DNA of 64,000 nt from Patellaria atrata CBS 101060 (taxonomy: Eukaryota): positions 682,001-746,000 of the forward strand of contig MU006099.1 of assembly GCA_010093705.1 (NCBI GenBank), written 5' to 3'. The position numbers were made by a program, and so were the translations under genes. The notes beneath the pieces are model-generated. The model saw only the letters and a list, made by a program, of their open reading frames with translations, did no database searches and was not told where the DNA came from. Positions 47,980 to 59,245 of this stretch are shown piece by piece (positions within the stretch are counted from its first letter, which is position 1; each line of letters opens with the position of its first letter).

Positions 47980-49314
47980 ATGTCTCTTGACAGAAGGGCA
48001 TGTTTTGGCTACACACAACTCCTTAATTCTCTCACTAAAATATCGTGCAGTCAGTTCATATTGCTCAATGTATGAAAGCGTGGACGGAAGACACCGCCAC
48101 TGACCCCAAGGATGTTCGTGCTCGACTTGGAATCGGCATCCCTCATCTGCTCGATCAAATCGAAAGCAACCTCAAGATCCCAGAACGGCCTAACAAGAGA
48201 GTCACCGTTGATGATCTTATTGACGCCAATCTCCCACACATCGTTGAACGGGATCGCGATCTGGCCGGCCAACTACTCTTTGCGTGTATCGGATGGGCCA
48301 CCATGCTTTACAGTGCGACCTCTCAACCGCACAGTAGTTTGACCCGCTACATGATCATGGCGTGTAGATCTCCTCCCTGTCCAGAAACTTTGCTATCTGT
48401 CACGCATTCGCAAGGTTCCAGAACCGAACTGAGGTCTATCTTGAAGTCTCTGGACATATGGCCGCTTATCGAAGCTTTGGACTCCCTGGATGTAGACGCC
48501 GAAATATACCCTCTTAGCGATGGTGCGCCCTTGGAAAAACATCTCGTATTGAAACCCAGCATTTTCAAGGACCAGAAATTGTTCACGGAGTGCGGTCTCA
48601 AGATCAGTTTGAGTATGCATTTGTCTGACCATCTGCGCTTGATCGATACCTCGAGACCTCCACAACTTCTATTATTTGCCTATCCTTCCTTCTGTTTGAA
48701 ACAGCTCACTTCGGGGGATAGCAGTACCCTTTATAAGTAGGTGCACTCAAAGTCTACTAGGAGTCATGACTGATTTGCATTTTAGGGTCCTTGATCTACT
48801 ATCGGATGACAAACCGCGTTTCAACACTCTTCTTTATCTTCATGAAATGCTCCGCTCGTACCGATTGTTGTTTGGTCGGTCAAAACCTGGCCCGGGGTGG
48901 GCTCCCCGCGGTTTTAGTTATGCGTGGGGAAAAGTCCATAAGGGATTCATTCCCTTTGAGCCATTCGCTCATGATGGTGAATTTGACAGCGACTTGGTTG
49001 ACCTGTGCACGAGAGATGTTTTACCAGCACACCTGCAACATCTTGATTCAGACAAAGAACGATGGGATTTCAATTATCTGTACGACAGACTAGTGAAGGT
49101 ACAGGAAGTGGCCGCAGATTCTGAAGGGCGCAACCCTATACATGTTGGAGGACCTGGTGGTTGGCTCGTCTTCTATCAAGGTGCAGTTCTCGTATTGATG
49201 AGTCTATTAGTAGGTTTCTGTCAGTACGGTCTGTCATCGATTGCATTTATTCACACTTTGTGGAAGGAGGCGGTAGAGGATGAGAGAGTGCGCGCGTCCC
49301 TTGCTGGGCATTAG
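47980..49314 (+). CDS. Hypothetical fungal protein with a C-terminal hydrophobic segment; predicted introns 47998-48050 (GC-AG) and 48737-48785
   Basis: Two consecutive ORFs join in frame across a GTAGGT...CTGAT...TAG intron. Motif-like segments HLSDHL, LFAYPSFCL and SYRLLFG, and a TM-like FYQGAVLVLMSLLVGFCQYGL. The start exon is uncertain. Confidence 0.65.
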
Positions 49315-49811
49315 ATTACCTCTATTGATTTTCTGCGCTTAATCTTATGATCTCTATTTTTGATAGTGTTCGCGGTTCTCAACACCTCTGGTTCTATTTC
49401 ATACAGCTCTCATGATTCTACCACTTCATTTACTTGGATTGCACAGTCTACTCCATTTATACAGCCTGCTCATGTTAGTACGACCCGTTCACTCCATACA
49501 GTTCGCTCATGGTATAAGGTCATGTTGGAAGCTCTCCCTGAAACCTACCGTGCGGTATCTAAGAGGCAAATGGTGAAGGAAATTGTGCAGCGTATAACTG
49601 TTTGAACACTGCCGTGTCTGAAGTACTGTGCAGTCGAAAGTATGCTCCTTGCGGGAAACGCTCTATTGTTAGTACGCTCTACGTGAACGGATAATTCAAG
49701 GCTTTTAGCGGGCTTGCATGAATATCCGCTCCGTTCGAAGAAATTTGTACATTTCCTAGGTTGATGACTTGCATTCTTATCTGTAATATTCTAATTCGGC
49801 TTCCCTTCCAT

Positions 49812-51641
49812 TCAATAGTTGAACGACTCAACTATAACTCTCCTCCCCTCTAGCCATTCTAATACATTCTTCTGGAAATGCTCACCAGCACATACATACC
49901 AATCATCTATACACCCTTGGTCCACAAGATCCTCCTTAACCAACCTCCTTGTTTTTATCTGAAGACCTTTCTCCCTTATGCGCTCGATCAGGTTCCTTGT
50001 ATCTCCCTCCAAGCCCCCATCCCTACTCGTAACAAATACTCTCATAGAGTCTTTGAACCCATTCTGTCCATGCCTTTCCGCTTGCCTAAGCACTTCCTCC
50101 ACGAACGGCAGGTCAGCAACTCTCAGGCTCCAAAACACTACTGGGGCAGCCTTATCTAAACATGCCAAAAACGGCGTAATTCCGACTCCACCGGCCACAA
50201 ACGCCGTTTTGCTTTCCCCGGTTCCTTCCTTCAGTTTAAAATCGCCCCCAAACCCCTTTAACGGGACCTTCAGCTCGCTCTCTCCCTTCTGTCTAAAAAG
50301 ATATCCCGTTACTGGCCCGACGTTGCGGATGGTGATCTCGAACTCATTATCTGCTAGCATAGCTGGCGGTGAAGAGACGGTAAACGTGCGTACAAAGTCG
50401 TCATTCAAGCTGCGAGGGTCAGAATCACGCATGTGGCTGTACCCCAGGTCGAGCTCCTTCTTGAAGTCGAAGACGGCCCACTGACCGCCTGTATAGGAGA
50501 CCGGCTTCGCTGTACGGAAGCGAAAGCATGCTATAGATGGTGTGAGGAGTGTTTTCTTGATGAGAGTGGCGGTGGGGAGCTGTATACTTGGCGCGGAGAG
50601 TGACGACATACGACTACCTTCTATACTAAGAAGGCGAAGAGGAGGGTTGTACGGGGATTTCTCGCGCTCGATGCCGCGGAAGGGGAGGCCCCGTTCGACG
50701 AAACGGGCCGCAGTGACGGTTACCTTTACGGCAAGGTTGGTATGGGGCATCACGTTTTCGGAATCTTGCCCGGTGAGAATGGTAGTACGGCCGGTCAGAT
50801 ACAGTACGTTGCCGGTCGAGAAATCGGGGAATACGAGACCGGCGAGAGGCGTCCCATATAGATTGCCGAGAGTCTGATACAGCCGGTTGCCGCTGTATTC
50901 GGGCCAGACGAGCTCAGCCCCTAAGGTGTCGTTGGATAGGACTCGGATGAAACCGGCTGGACCTCCTCGGTGATTCGTGTCCATGTCTTCCTGGTTGTTG
51001 GAGCTGGTGATGAAGAACAAGTCTGCCTTGGCGAGTAGATTCAATGCCGCTTCAGAAAGTTGCGGGGAGCCGGAAGTGAGTATTGGTACGGGCGAAGCAG
51101 AATGTATTTCCTTTTTGTTCAGATATTTCGGACAGTTCCCCAGGGATTGCTCGATTTTAGTGACAAGTTGGATTTGGCCAACGCCCGAGACATCCAGGTT
51201 GGTTTCCTGACCTTGTTTAAGATGATCAACTGCACCAGCAACCATACGACCGTACAATTTCACTCTTCTCCTCGTCATTAGATCGATAGTCAGGCCACCT
51301 ATCATTCTGCCTTTCCCTTCTTCCTTCACAACCTCCCCGTCAGCTCTTCCACCAAACAAAGCTTGTACGACCGGATCGTATTTCCTGTCGACTAGAGTCT
51401 TAGTTCCGATGATAGATGACCCAAGCGGCTGAGAGAATCCAGGATCACCCCCCCAGATGGTTGTCCATGGTCGGTTCTCTGAGTCTAAAGTACCAATGGC
51501 TAGAAGAGGTGCTCTTTGAAGCATGAATACTGCTCCTGGAGCTAAACCAGTAGAAGTCGGGTTGTCCTGTTCTGGGACGTTGAGAAGGCGATGCATCGCT
51601 TCTTCTCCTTCATTCCAACCCATCGCCATGGAGAAAGCCAT
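49812..51641 (-). CDS. Oxidoreductase with pyridoxamine-5'-phosphate-oxidase-like FMN-binding domain(s) and an FNR-type FAD/NAD-binding domain
   Basis: GWNEGE, GTLDSENRPW, GNCPKYLN, DTNHRGGPAGF, PEYSGNRLYQTLGNL, NDDFVRTFTVSS, FVAGGVGITPF, YVCAG and terminal ESFNY. Start taken at MAFSMAMG. Confidence 0.85.
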   Translation of the reverse strand: MAFSMAMGWNEGEEAMHRLLNVPEQDNPTSTGLAPGAVFMLQRAPLLAIGTLDSENRPWTTIWGGDPGFSQPLGSSIIGTKTLVDRKYDPVVQALFGGRADGEVVKEEGKGRMIGGLTIDLMTRRRVKLYGRMVAGAVDHLKQGQETNLDVSGVGQIQLVTKIEQSLGNCPKYLNKKEIHSASPVPILTSGSPQLSEAALNLLAKADLFFITSSNNQEDMDTNHRGGPAGFIRVLSNDTLGAELVWPEYSGNRLYQTLGNLYGTPLAGLVFPDFSTGNVLYLTGRTTILTGQDSENVMPHTNLAVKVTVTAARFVERGLPFRGIEREKSPYNPPLRLLSIEGSRMSSLSAPSIQLPTATLIKKTLLTPSIACFRFRTAKPVSYTGGQWAVFDFKKELDLGYSHMRDSDPRSLNDDFVRTFTVSSPPAMLADNEFEITIRNVGPVTGYLFRQKGESELKVPLKGFGGDFKLKEGTGESKTAFVAGGVGITPFLACLDKAAPVVFWSLRVADLPFVEEVLRQAERHGQNGFKDSMRVFVTSRDGGLEGDTRNLIERIREKGLQIKTRRLVKEDLVDQGCIDDWYVCAGEHFQKNVLEWLEGRRVIVESFNY

Positions 51642-52581
51642 AACGGTAGAAACGCTCGAGATCTTCACCAAAGGGATAGTCAGAGATATATCTAAGGTTT
51701 TTGGTGGCTCGTAAGTGGTGATTAATCTCAACAATATTTGATATGTGTACAAAAAAAAAAAACCACAGGAACTCATACAGAGATCCGATGCTAATAAGAG
51801 CCGATCGTTATATACTATCTCATTTCAAGGCCGCAAATAGTTGTACATCATATCCCTCGGAGATGGTGATTTGTGCTGACAATATTCCGAACTCGAGAAC
51901 CCCCTCGTATCCTCATCATTGGAATTAGACAACGGAATTCTAAATTGAGGTTGGAAATCAGAGTCTATAGGGTGGAAAAATTGAGTAAGATGATAGGTAA
52001 TCATAATACAGCAACCTGGAGATCGATGGTGCGGAGTATAGGGTTGTAACTATCCGAAAAGCAATTATAAGCGGGGTGATACCAAAATAGACGTCGATAC
52101 CACAGAAGAAACAACATCAACGAAGTAACAATAGCAGTTGACCAAGTTTGACCTTTATGATTGAGATAGATGAATACAGTACTTTCCTACCTTTGATAAT
52201 GAGTTGAGACCAAGTCCTCCCCCGTCTGTGCGGTGATCTGTTCGAGAACAATTCAGCATACGGCTCAACCAATATCCATCACATCACATCGTCTCATCAG
52301 GGCCATCAACAAGCACATTACCTCTTGCATTCTAGAGTTTGCCAATTCCATAAACCGAATTGTTTCGCCAGTTGGCCATCATGTTGGAGAAATGTTTTAG
52401 TTAAGCGGCATGAAGATATTCAAAACGCTTGCCAAGCCGTCCGATACCTCTTTAGAGCCTTACGGAGGAGTAAACAAGAAGACCAAAGATGCCATTTCAG
52501 GACCGTCAAGCTTTTCAATCTTTTGTTTATTAAAATCGTACTGTATATGTACTCATGGCTCCTCAACATGTTGTCCCACCT

Positions 52582-53749
52582 ATGACTCCTATACTATCCT
52601 CTCAGAAACCGAAGTTCAAAATGCCCAGTTTCCCCAATATCAAGACCCAGATCGAGAGGCTCAAGCAACTGAAAGCGGGAGCTTCTTTGCCCAGATGGAA
52701 GAGCAAGGGTAGTTCTGTCGGAAGACCAACCAACAAACTGGGATCCTTCAAGTTAAAAGAGTCAATTGCAAGATTGCGTGCAAATATATCAAAAGAGAAA
52801 GTGAGGATAGCACCAACCCACTATCCCCATATTCCCTTCCATGGCCTCCGAACTATTCAACTACTTTCTTCCGTCATCGTCGCCTCGTTTATATGGTATT
52901 TTATGGACAATTTGAAACAAGAGAATGACGGTGTCCCTTGGACGTTCACTCTCGTACTACCTACCTCTTATGCACTACTACTCCCCTAATCTAATTGTAC
53001 CATAGCTCCTAGTCATCTCCATGCTCACAATTATATCCCTTACCGTAACCATCATCCTCCACCTCTTCTACGGCCTAAACCCTCGCCTCAATTTCTCCCT
53101 CAACAGCTCTCTAACCATCATCTAGGCCATTAGCTTCTCCCTCCTGAGCTAGTGGAGTCGCCGCACCCTCACACATGACTGCAGTGTGACTTACTGGCGT
53201 AACGATACTGGCATCAAGATCTGCGAAATATACAAGGCACTCTTCTCCTTTACACTGTTTGCAACGTATATACCCTTTCCCCCTTTGGTCTTCACCTCTT
53301 CTTATCTCATTACCTTACTAACCCCTTCCAGTCTCTCCACCATCGCAGCACTCCTCCTCGACATCCACGTCCACAAACGCTTCACCCGCCTTGGCCCCTA
53401 TAACAACCTCGGCGATGTCGAACTCAAATCGACTTCAATTTTCAGCACCTCGACCTTGAATGTCGAAGCGCCAATGTTGCCGCCGAAGTCGCAGACGCTG
53501 TCCAAGCGCATCCAGATGTCCGAGGAGGAATACGAAGATATACCTGTGGAAAGGTTCCAGGACCCAGGAGAGACAAGCGGTGGTGCGATGACGCCGGTTG
53601 AGCAGGTCGTTGCGGCCGCGACCGGGGCGGCGAAGGGAAAGAAGGGAAGAAGAAGGCTAGGGTACATGAAGCTGTGTGAGTTATATATAGATGAAATTAA
53701 TAGAGTTCACAAACAGGGACTGCGGCTGGCTGTAGCTAAAGGGGTCTGA
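52582..53749 (+). pseudogene. MARVEL-like four-TM membrane protein gene interrupted by two in-frame TAG codons (53123, 53150)
   Basis: YPHIPFHGLRTIQLLSSVIV...VPWTFTL | LLVISMLTIISL...LNPRLNFSLNSSLTII*AISFSLLS*WSRRTLTHDC...W...GIKICEIYKALFSF. Introns about 52954-53005 and 53266-53331. Start codon uncertain. Confidence 0.7.
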
Positions 53750-54237
53750 AATGAATAGACGGTTTAGGTAGCCGGGGGTAATGTATCTTTAAGGGACGGA
53801 AGGCACTTGGTGGCGTCGAGTCCCAATAGAGCTGTAGGAAATCAAGTCTAGCTTTCTTGTACTTATGTATTGCTTGTTATCCAACTTACCTGTATGTAAG
53901 ACCACATCCGATAGACCACCGATTGGAAAACTGTTCAGCGCAACTAGACGCCTTCTACATCCTATAAGTTTTGATCTGTTGGTATGTATAACGGATATAA
54001 GGAAGATATCACGGTCACCTGGCAATATCGATGTTTTCGAACAATCCCTTTTCATTGACTACCCTAGTCTTTTAGATATGATAGCTCCAAACTTCGCGTG
54101 CAATGCTATCTCAATCGGAGCTCATCAAGTCATCTCATGTCGTCTCATTCAATCATACACTCATCAGCCATAATGGACTCTTTATCACCATCATCAGAGG
54201 ACCTACTATCTAGGACCCCATAGTCCTCCAGAAATAT

Positions 54238-55128
54238 CTACTCCTCATCCCAGACCGAAGCAATAGTCCTTGTAGAATGAACCTCCACAATCGACATATT
54301 GGATTTCGTAACCGTAACAAAAGTGGTACCACCAATGACGGGACTCGTCGGCTTATCCGAATACACATCGATCAGAGACCAAGGGCCAAAGGGGTTAAAG
54401 CGGGTAGTCGTAAGCGTAGGTCCGTGGTGGAACGTGTGCGCGGCGCGAGTGCTACGTGAAAGTTCGTAGGTACCTGGGTGAGGGTGCGGAACTGTAGCGA
54501 TGTAAGTTCCGAGTATTGAGATTGGCGTTGAGAATGGACTGGCGGTGGCTCCGAAACTAAAAGTGGGGATTTTCCCGGTCTTGATGATCTCCGCATGAGT
54601 GGAGATGACGGGGGGTTCATCGGGAAAGGTCCAGCGCGTCGTGGTACTCATAACCCGGGTGCTGAGGGTCGGTGGTGGCCAGATGAACCTACGCGTGGTG
54701 GTGCTTGCGAAAGAATGCGTGGGAGCTTGTGAATCGATGCTCGAGGTTTCCATGATACGAGGTGGGAGAGTAGCTCCACTGGCAAGGCTCGTGAGGGGAT
54801 AAATCGAGGAGTTGCGAAAGCACCTGTAATGATACTTAGTACAATGCTGGGATGGAGCACCTGGACCAAGGCTACACATGTTTATGCGGGGGGTGGGAAG
54901 TTATACGTACCCATACACATTCGGATTATAGCAGTCTTGTCCACAGGGTAGGTAGGCGAGTCCATCGACGATAGGGCACAAATAATCGGGAGAAAAGCAG
55001 TTGTAGAGCTCAGTGTCGTAGACTACGTTTCCGCAATACTCTTGACCATCATCGCCTACGGTGCCTGAGGTGCGCTGGCCGAATGCCACGGCCAAGAAAG
55101 CTGGAATGAGGATGAGGACGGATCTCAT
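54238..55128 (-). CDS. Secreted protein: signal peptide, Cys-rich CBM52-like (beta-1,3-glucan-binding) module and Thr/Pro/Ser-rich tail; one intron at about 54910-54824
   Basis: Signal peptide MRSVLILIPAFLAVAFG. CGNVVYDTELYNC...YLCPIVDGLAYLPCGQDCYNPNVYGC matches the six-Cys spacing of fungal CBM52. The intron (GTACGT...CTAAG...CAG) joins in frame to CFRNSSIYPLTS. Confidence 0.75.
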
Positions 55129-56704
55129 GACGGAGATAAGTGGTGCAATTGGAGTAGAAGAAGAGAAGGCAATGGAGAGTTCGCGTTCTGGGAAACTCTA
55201 TAAGGGAGAAGGTAGAAGTTAGGATTGAGGCAGAGTCAGTGGGCTACTCATAGAGCTAGCAAACGTACGTCCCCGAATGCAGGAATTAACAAATAGACTT
55301 GTACCGTGAAGTAGTGAAGAGATCGATTATGGAGGGGTTGAGTTATGTAACGTTCGCCGTGACTCTTTACGTTGGAAGTTGACATGTGACTTCAAGATAA
55401 AACATACGACAGTTGCATTGGCAAGACCTCATGTAATATATTAAGATTGAAATGGATTACTACATAATTTTCCTAGTGTGACTTCTAGTAAGGATATGGA
55501 GTTGACTTTAATCTCCCTTATCGAGAGAAAAGACTAAGAAACATACCGAGCATACATTCACCTGCTATTGTATCCTTTCATAGAGTAACTTACTATGGCT
55601 ATGTTAATGTTCCAGGAGATAATTGATATTTCCGTACGAAGCCGGTCGAGCAGATGCCTCTGCTTCATACTACCTCTCCACCCCTAAATGTTTATAGTAG
55701 TGACAGAGGTATAAAATCATAGCGATAGGGAAGAACCGTAAAGATAGCTCTTACCATAATATGCCTGAATTTCTACGTTTGTATCAAGTGATGAACCTCA
55801 CTCACCACCGTACATGACATGATAGTAGTCCAACGTATATGCGCATCATGCGTTCAGTGATCGCAAGCTGTACCAGACACGAACCCTTACGTATTTGCCT
55901 TGGTTAAATTGGAAGGAGAAAGTCCTGAGAGTATTGCTGTTGATCTCCTCATTGCTATCATGTGGGACTATGTAATAGAGAACGCGTATCGACAGTCTAA
56001 CTTTATTGGACCAAAGTCTCGCGTTATGCTGTATGATCCGGTTACATAAGAATGCGAACCCTTTTCGGTACTATGGAGGTATAGTACAGCAAAATTCAGA
56101 CTTAAGGTATCGGTCATTGAAGCTTCGAATTTGATCTTGCTTGATATCATCATTGTGATAATCTTTTTGCTGAATGCCTCGGTCAAGGTATGGAAATCGA
56201 GCGTTGAAACAGGGTAACTGTACATCTAGTCGTTGACTTTTAGTTAACAGAGAAAGTGACACATGGAGCAGAGATGGATACAGCGACAAAATAGTAGCTA
56301 TGGGAGTCACAATTGATGGTTCTACCTACCTTATAAATGCACTCAGACACTGAAGGTATTCTGTAATTTACACCCAGTTGGCATGGTAGTTCTAATCGAA
56401 AACCTAACCGTCCATCATTGTAAAGAATGAGCAGTTCAACCTTAGCTAGGACAAGTTCCAGAATATAAGTACAGTACCTAGCTGACATTATTCCCTTGGT
56501 GAGGGTATTCTGATGGTTGCTTACAGTCGAAGAAAAGGAGTCAAATACTGTACTCTACTGAGTCATTAAGGTTGGCGGGGTGCGCACTGATGATGTTGTT
56601 CCCCCCGCCAAATTCTTGAAATATATAAGAACCTACCACCTCCTCGCGAGAAAATCAATCCCCTTATTGTGTCTGGACTCAATCTCCTCCCCTAATCCTC
56701 AATC

Positions 56705-58847
56705 ATGGCTGAAGCAGTTAAAGAAGCCATTCAGGGCGCAGTGGAGCATGTCACCGGCACACAAGGCCAATCCTCTACAGCAGATCCTGTTGCTGCGACT
56801 ACAGAATCAACCGCAAATCTACATCTCGACGAGGTAACTGGAGAGAGGGTTTCCAAGACTGAACGTATGTTTTGATACCTAACATAATTGAATGGTTCTA
56901 ATTGTTGCATTGTAGTCAAGAAACGCCAGAAGCAACGCGCCAATGAAGCTAAGAAAGCGGAAAAGGCGGCGGCAGCTCCCCAAAAGCCAGAGAAGAAAGC
57001 CAAGAGTGGTGAAGAAGACGAGAAGGAGCTTACTCCAAACGTGTGTTGTCATCAGATGTGACAGCCATGAGTAGCGTCTCTAACATATCCATAGCAATAT
57101 TTCGAGATCAGAAGCAGGACGATAAACAACCTACGACAGACTAAGAACCCTAACCCGTTTGTTTCCCCAAAGTTGATCTCAAGGCACATGGAATGAAAAT
57201 TGACGGTTATTAGGTATCCCCATAAATTCCATGTCAACACAGATCTACGCGAATTCGTTGAAAAGTACAAGGAACTTAGGAAGGGCGAGACACTCAAGGA
57301 TGTTGAGATTCGAATTGGGGCGAGGATATACACTAAGGTGATACAAATCTAGAGAAAAACGGAAATAGATACTGACAATCGCTCAGCGTGCATCCGGCAC
57401 CAAGTTACGCTTCTATGACGTACGAGCTGAAGGAACAAGAATACAGATTATGTGTCAGGCACAAGAAGCAACCGGGGATGTTCCCTTTGAAGCCCAACAT
57501 GAACACCTAAGAAGAGGCGATATCATCGGTGTCATTGGCTATCCAGGAAGGACGAATCCGCAGAAAGGGGGCGAGGGAGAGCTTAGTATCTTTGCGCAAC
57601 AAGTCATCCTACTCACACCGTGTCTTCATCAGTTACCAGGTGAATATTATGGATTTAAGGACCAAGAAGAACGGCATCGTAAACGATACTTGGATCTCAT
57701 CATGAACGACTCCACCCGCAATACTTTCATCACTCGGTCGAGGATGATCACATACATACGCAAGTTCTTCGACTCGCGCGACTTCATCGAGGTTGAGACG
57801 CCAATGATGAATGCTATTGCTGGAGGTGCAACAGCTAAACCGTTCAAAACTTACCATAACGAGCTAGACATGGAGTTATACATGCGTATCGCGCCAGAGC
57901 TCTACCTCAAGCAACTAATTGTTGGTGGCTTAGAGAGGGTATACGAGATCGGTCGCCAATTCCGTAACGAAGGCATTGATCTCACACATAATCCCGAGTT
58001 CACAACTTGCGAGTTTTACCAAGCTTTCGCGGATGTATATGATATAATGGACCTCACCGAAGAACTCGTCTCTGGTCTTGTCAAGCACGTGACCGGGTCC
58101 TACAAGACGAAATTCCACACTCAACATGGCGAGGTCTACGAGGTTAACTGGGAGAAACCGTGGAAGAGGATCGAAATGATGACCGCACTAGAAGAAGCAA
58201 CCGGAGAAAAGTTCCCTCCCTCAAATCAACTACATACCCAAGAGACGAACGAGTTTCTTAAGCGCGTCCTTAAGAAGGTTAACGTCGACTGTACACCTCC
58301 CCAGACCAACGCGCGCATGATCGACAAGCTCGTCGGCGAGTTCATCGAAGAAAAATGCGTCAACCCAACTTTCATTACCGGACATCCTCAGGTAGCATTC
58401 CTAGCTCCGTTGTCTTTCTTCTCGGGAACTAACTGAATCCTACAGATGATGTCCCCCCTGGCGAAATATCACCGCTCCTCCCCCGGTCTCTGCGAGCGCT
58501 TCGAAGCTTTCGTCTGCAAAAAGGAAATCGTAAATGCTTATACCGAGTTGAACGACCCCTTCGACCAACGTATGCGTTTCGAGGAGCAGGCGAACCAGAA
58601 GGCCCAGGGCGACGAGGAGGCCCAGCTCATCGACGAGACCTTCTGCAATGCGCTCGAGTTCGGCCTACCTCCAACCGGCGGCTGGGGCATGGGAATCGAC
58701 AGACTTGTTATGTTCTTGACGAATAATTATAGTATCAAAGAGGTGTTGACATTCCCCTTTATGAAGGATGAGAATAAGGAGAAGCCAAAAGCTGCGGAGG
58801 TTGTGGGTGTTACACCAATGCCAGAGGAGGGCATCCCGCACAAGTAG
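56705..58847 (+). CDS. KRS1: Cytosolic lysyl-tRNA synthetase (class II), five introns
   Basis: [52 protein letters not shown]...[35 protein letters not shown] and [14 protein letters not shown]. Confidence 0.97.
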
Positions 58848-59245
58848 ATGACGTTGTTGCTGGGGCTACTGGCTCTGTGAAGAGAAGCCAGATTTGTGAA
58901 TGTAGAACTGGTTACGCGTTCAGTTTGCCGGAATGAAAATTACCGTGCACCTGACGAGTGTACTGTCGTGGCAGTTTCTTGTTTTGGTAAAGTAGCTATC
59001 CATTCTGGATAGAGCTATCACCAACATATAGAAAATAAAGGATACCAAAATTACCTATGTAACCTAGATAATTGCATAGAAGAAAATTTCCCATCTAGAT
59101 TTATGCTAAAACAAACATTACGCCTACACAATTTTCCTTTTCGTAACCACATCACAAGAAAAGATGACTGACAAGGGGTATTAAAATACAGCCAATCCAA
59201 GTTTTGGACAAAATACCCAACTATCACCCTGGAAAAGATACTAGA

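Noticed and set aside
51642..51776. N-terminal extension of the 654-aa oxidoreductase ORF (MSSCGFFFLY...)
   Set aside because: It runs through a poly-T tract and looks like UTR; the family-like sequence starts at MAFSMAMGWNEGE.
55200..56560. AT/TA-rich intergenic DNA as a transposon remnant (similar patches at about 19.8-20.3 kb and 40.3-40.9 kb)
   Set aside because: Composition hints at RIP, but I found no repeats, termini or coding remnants to support a call.
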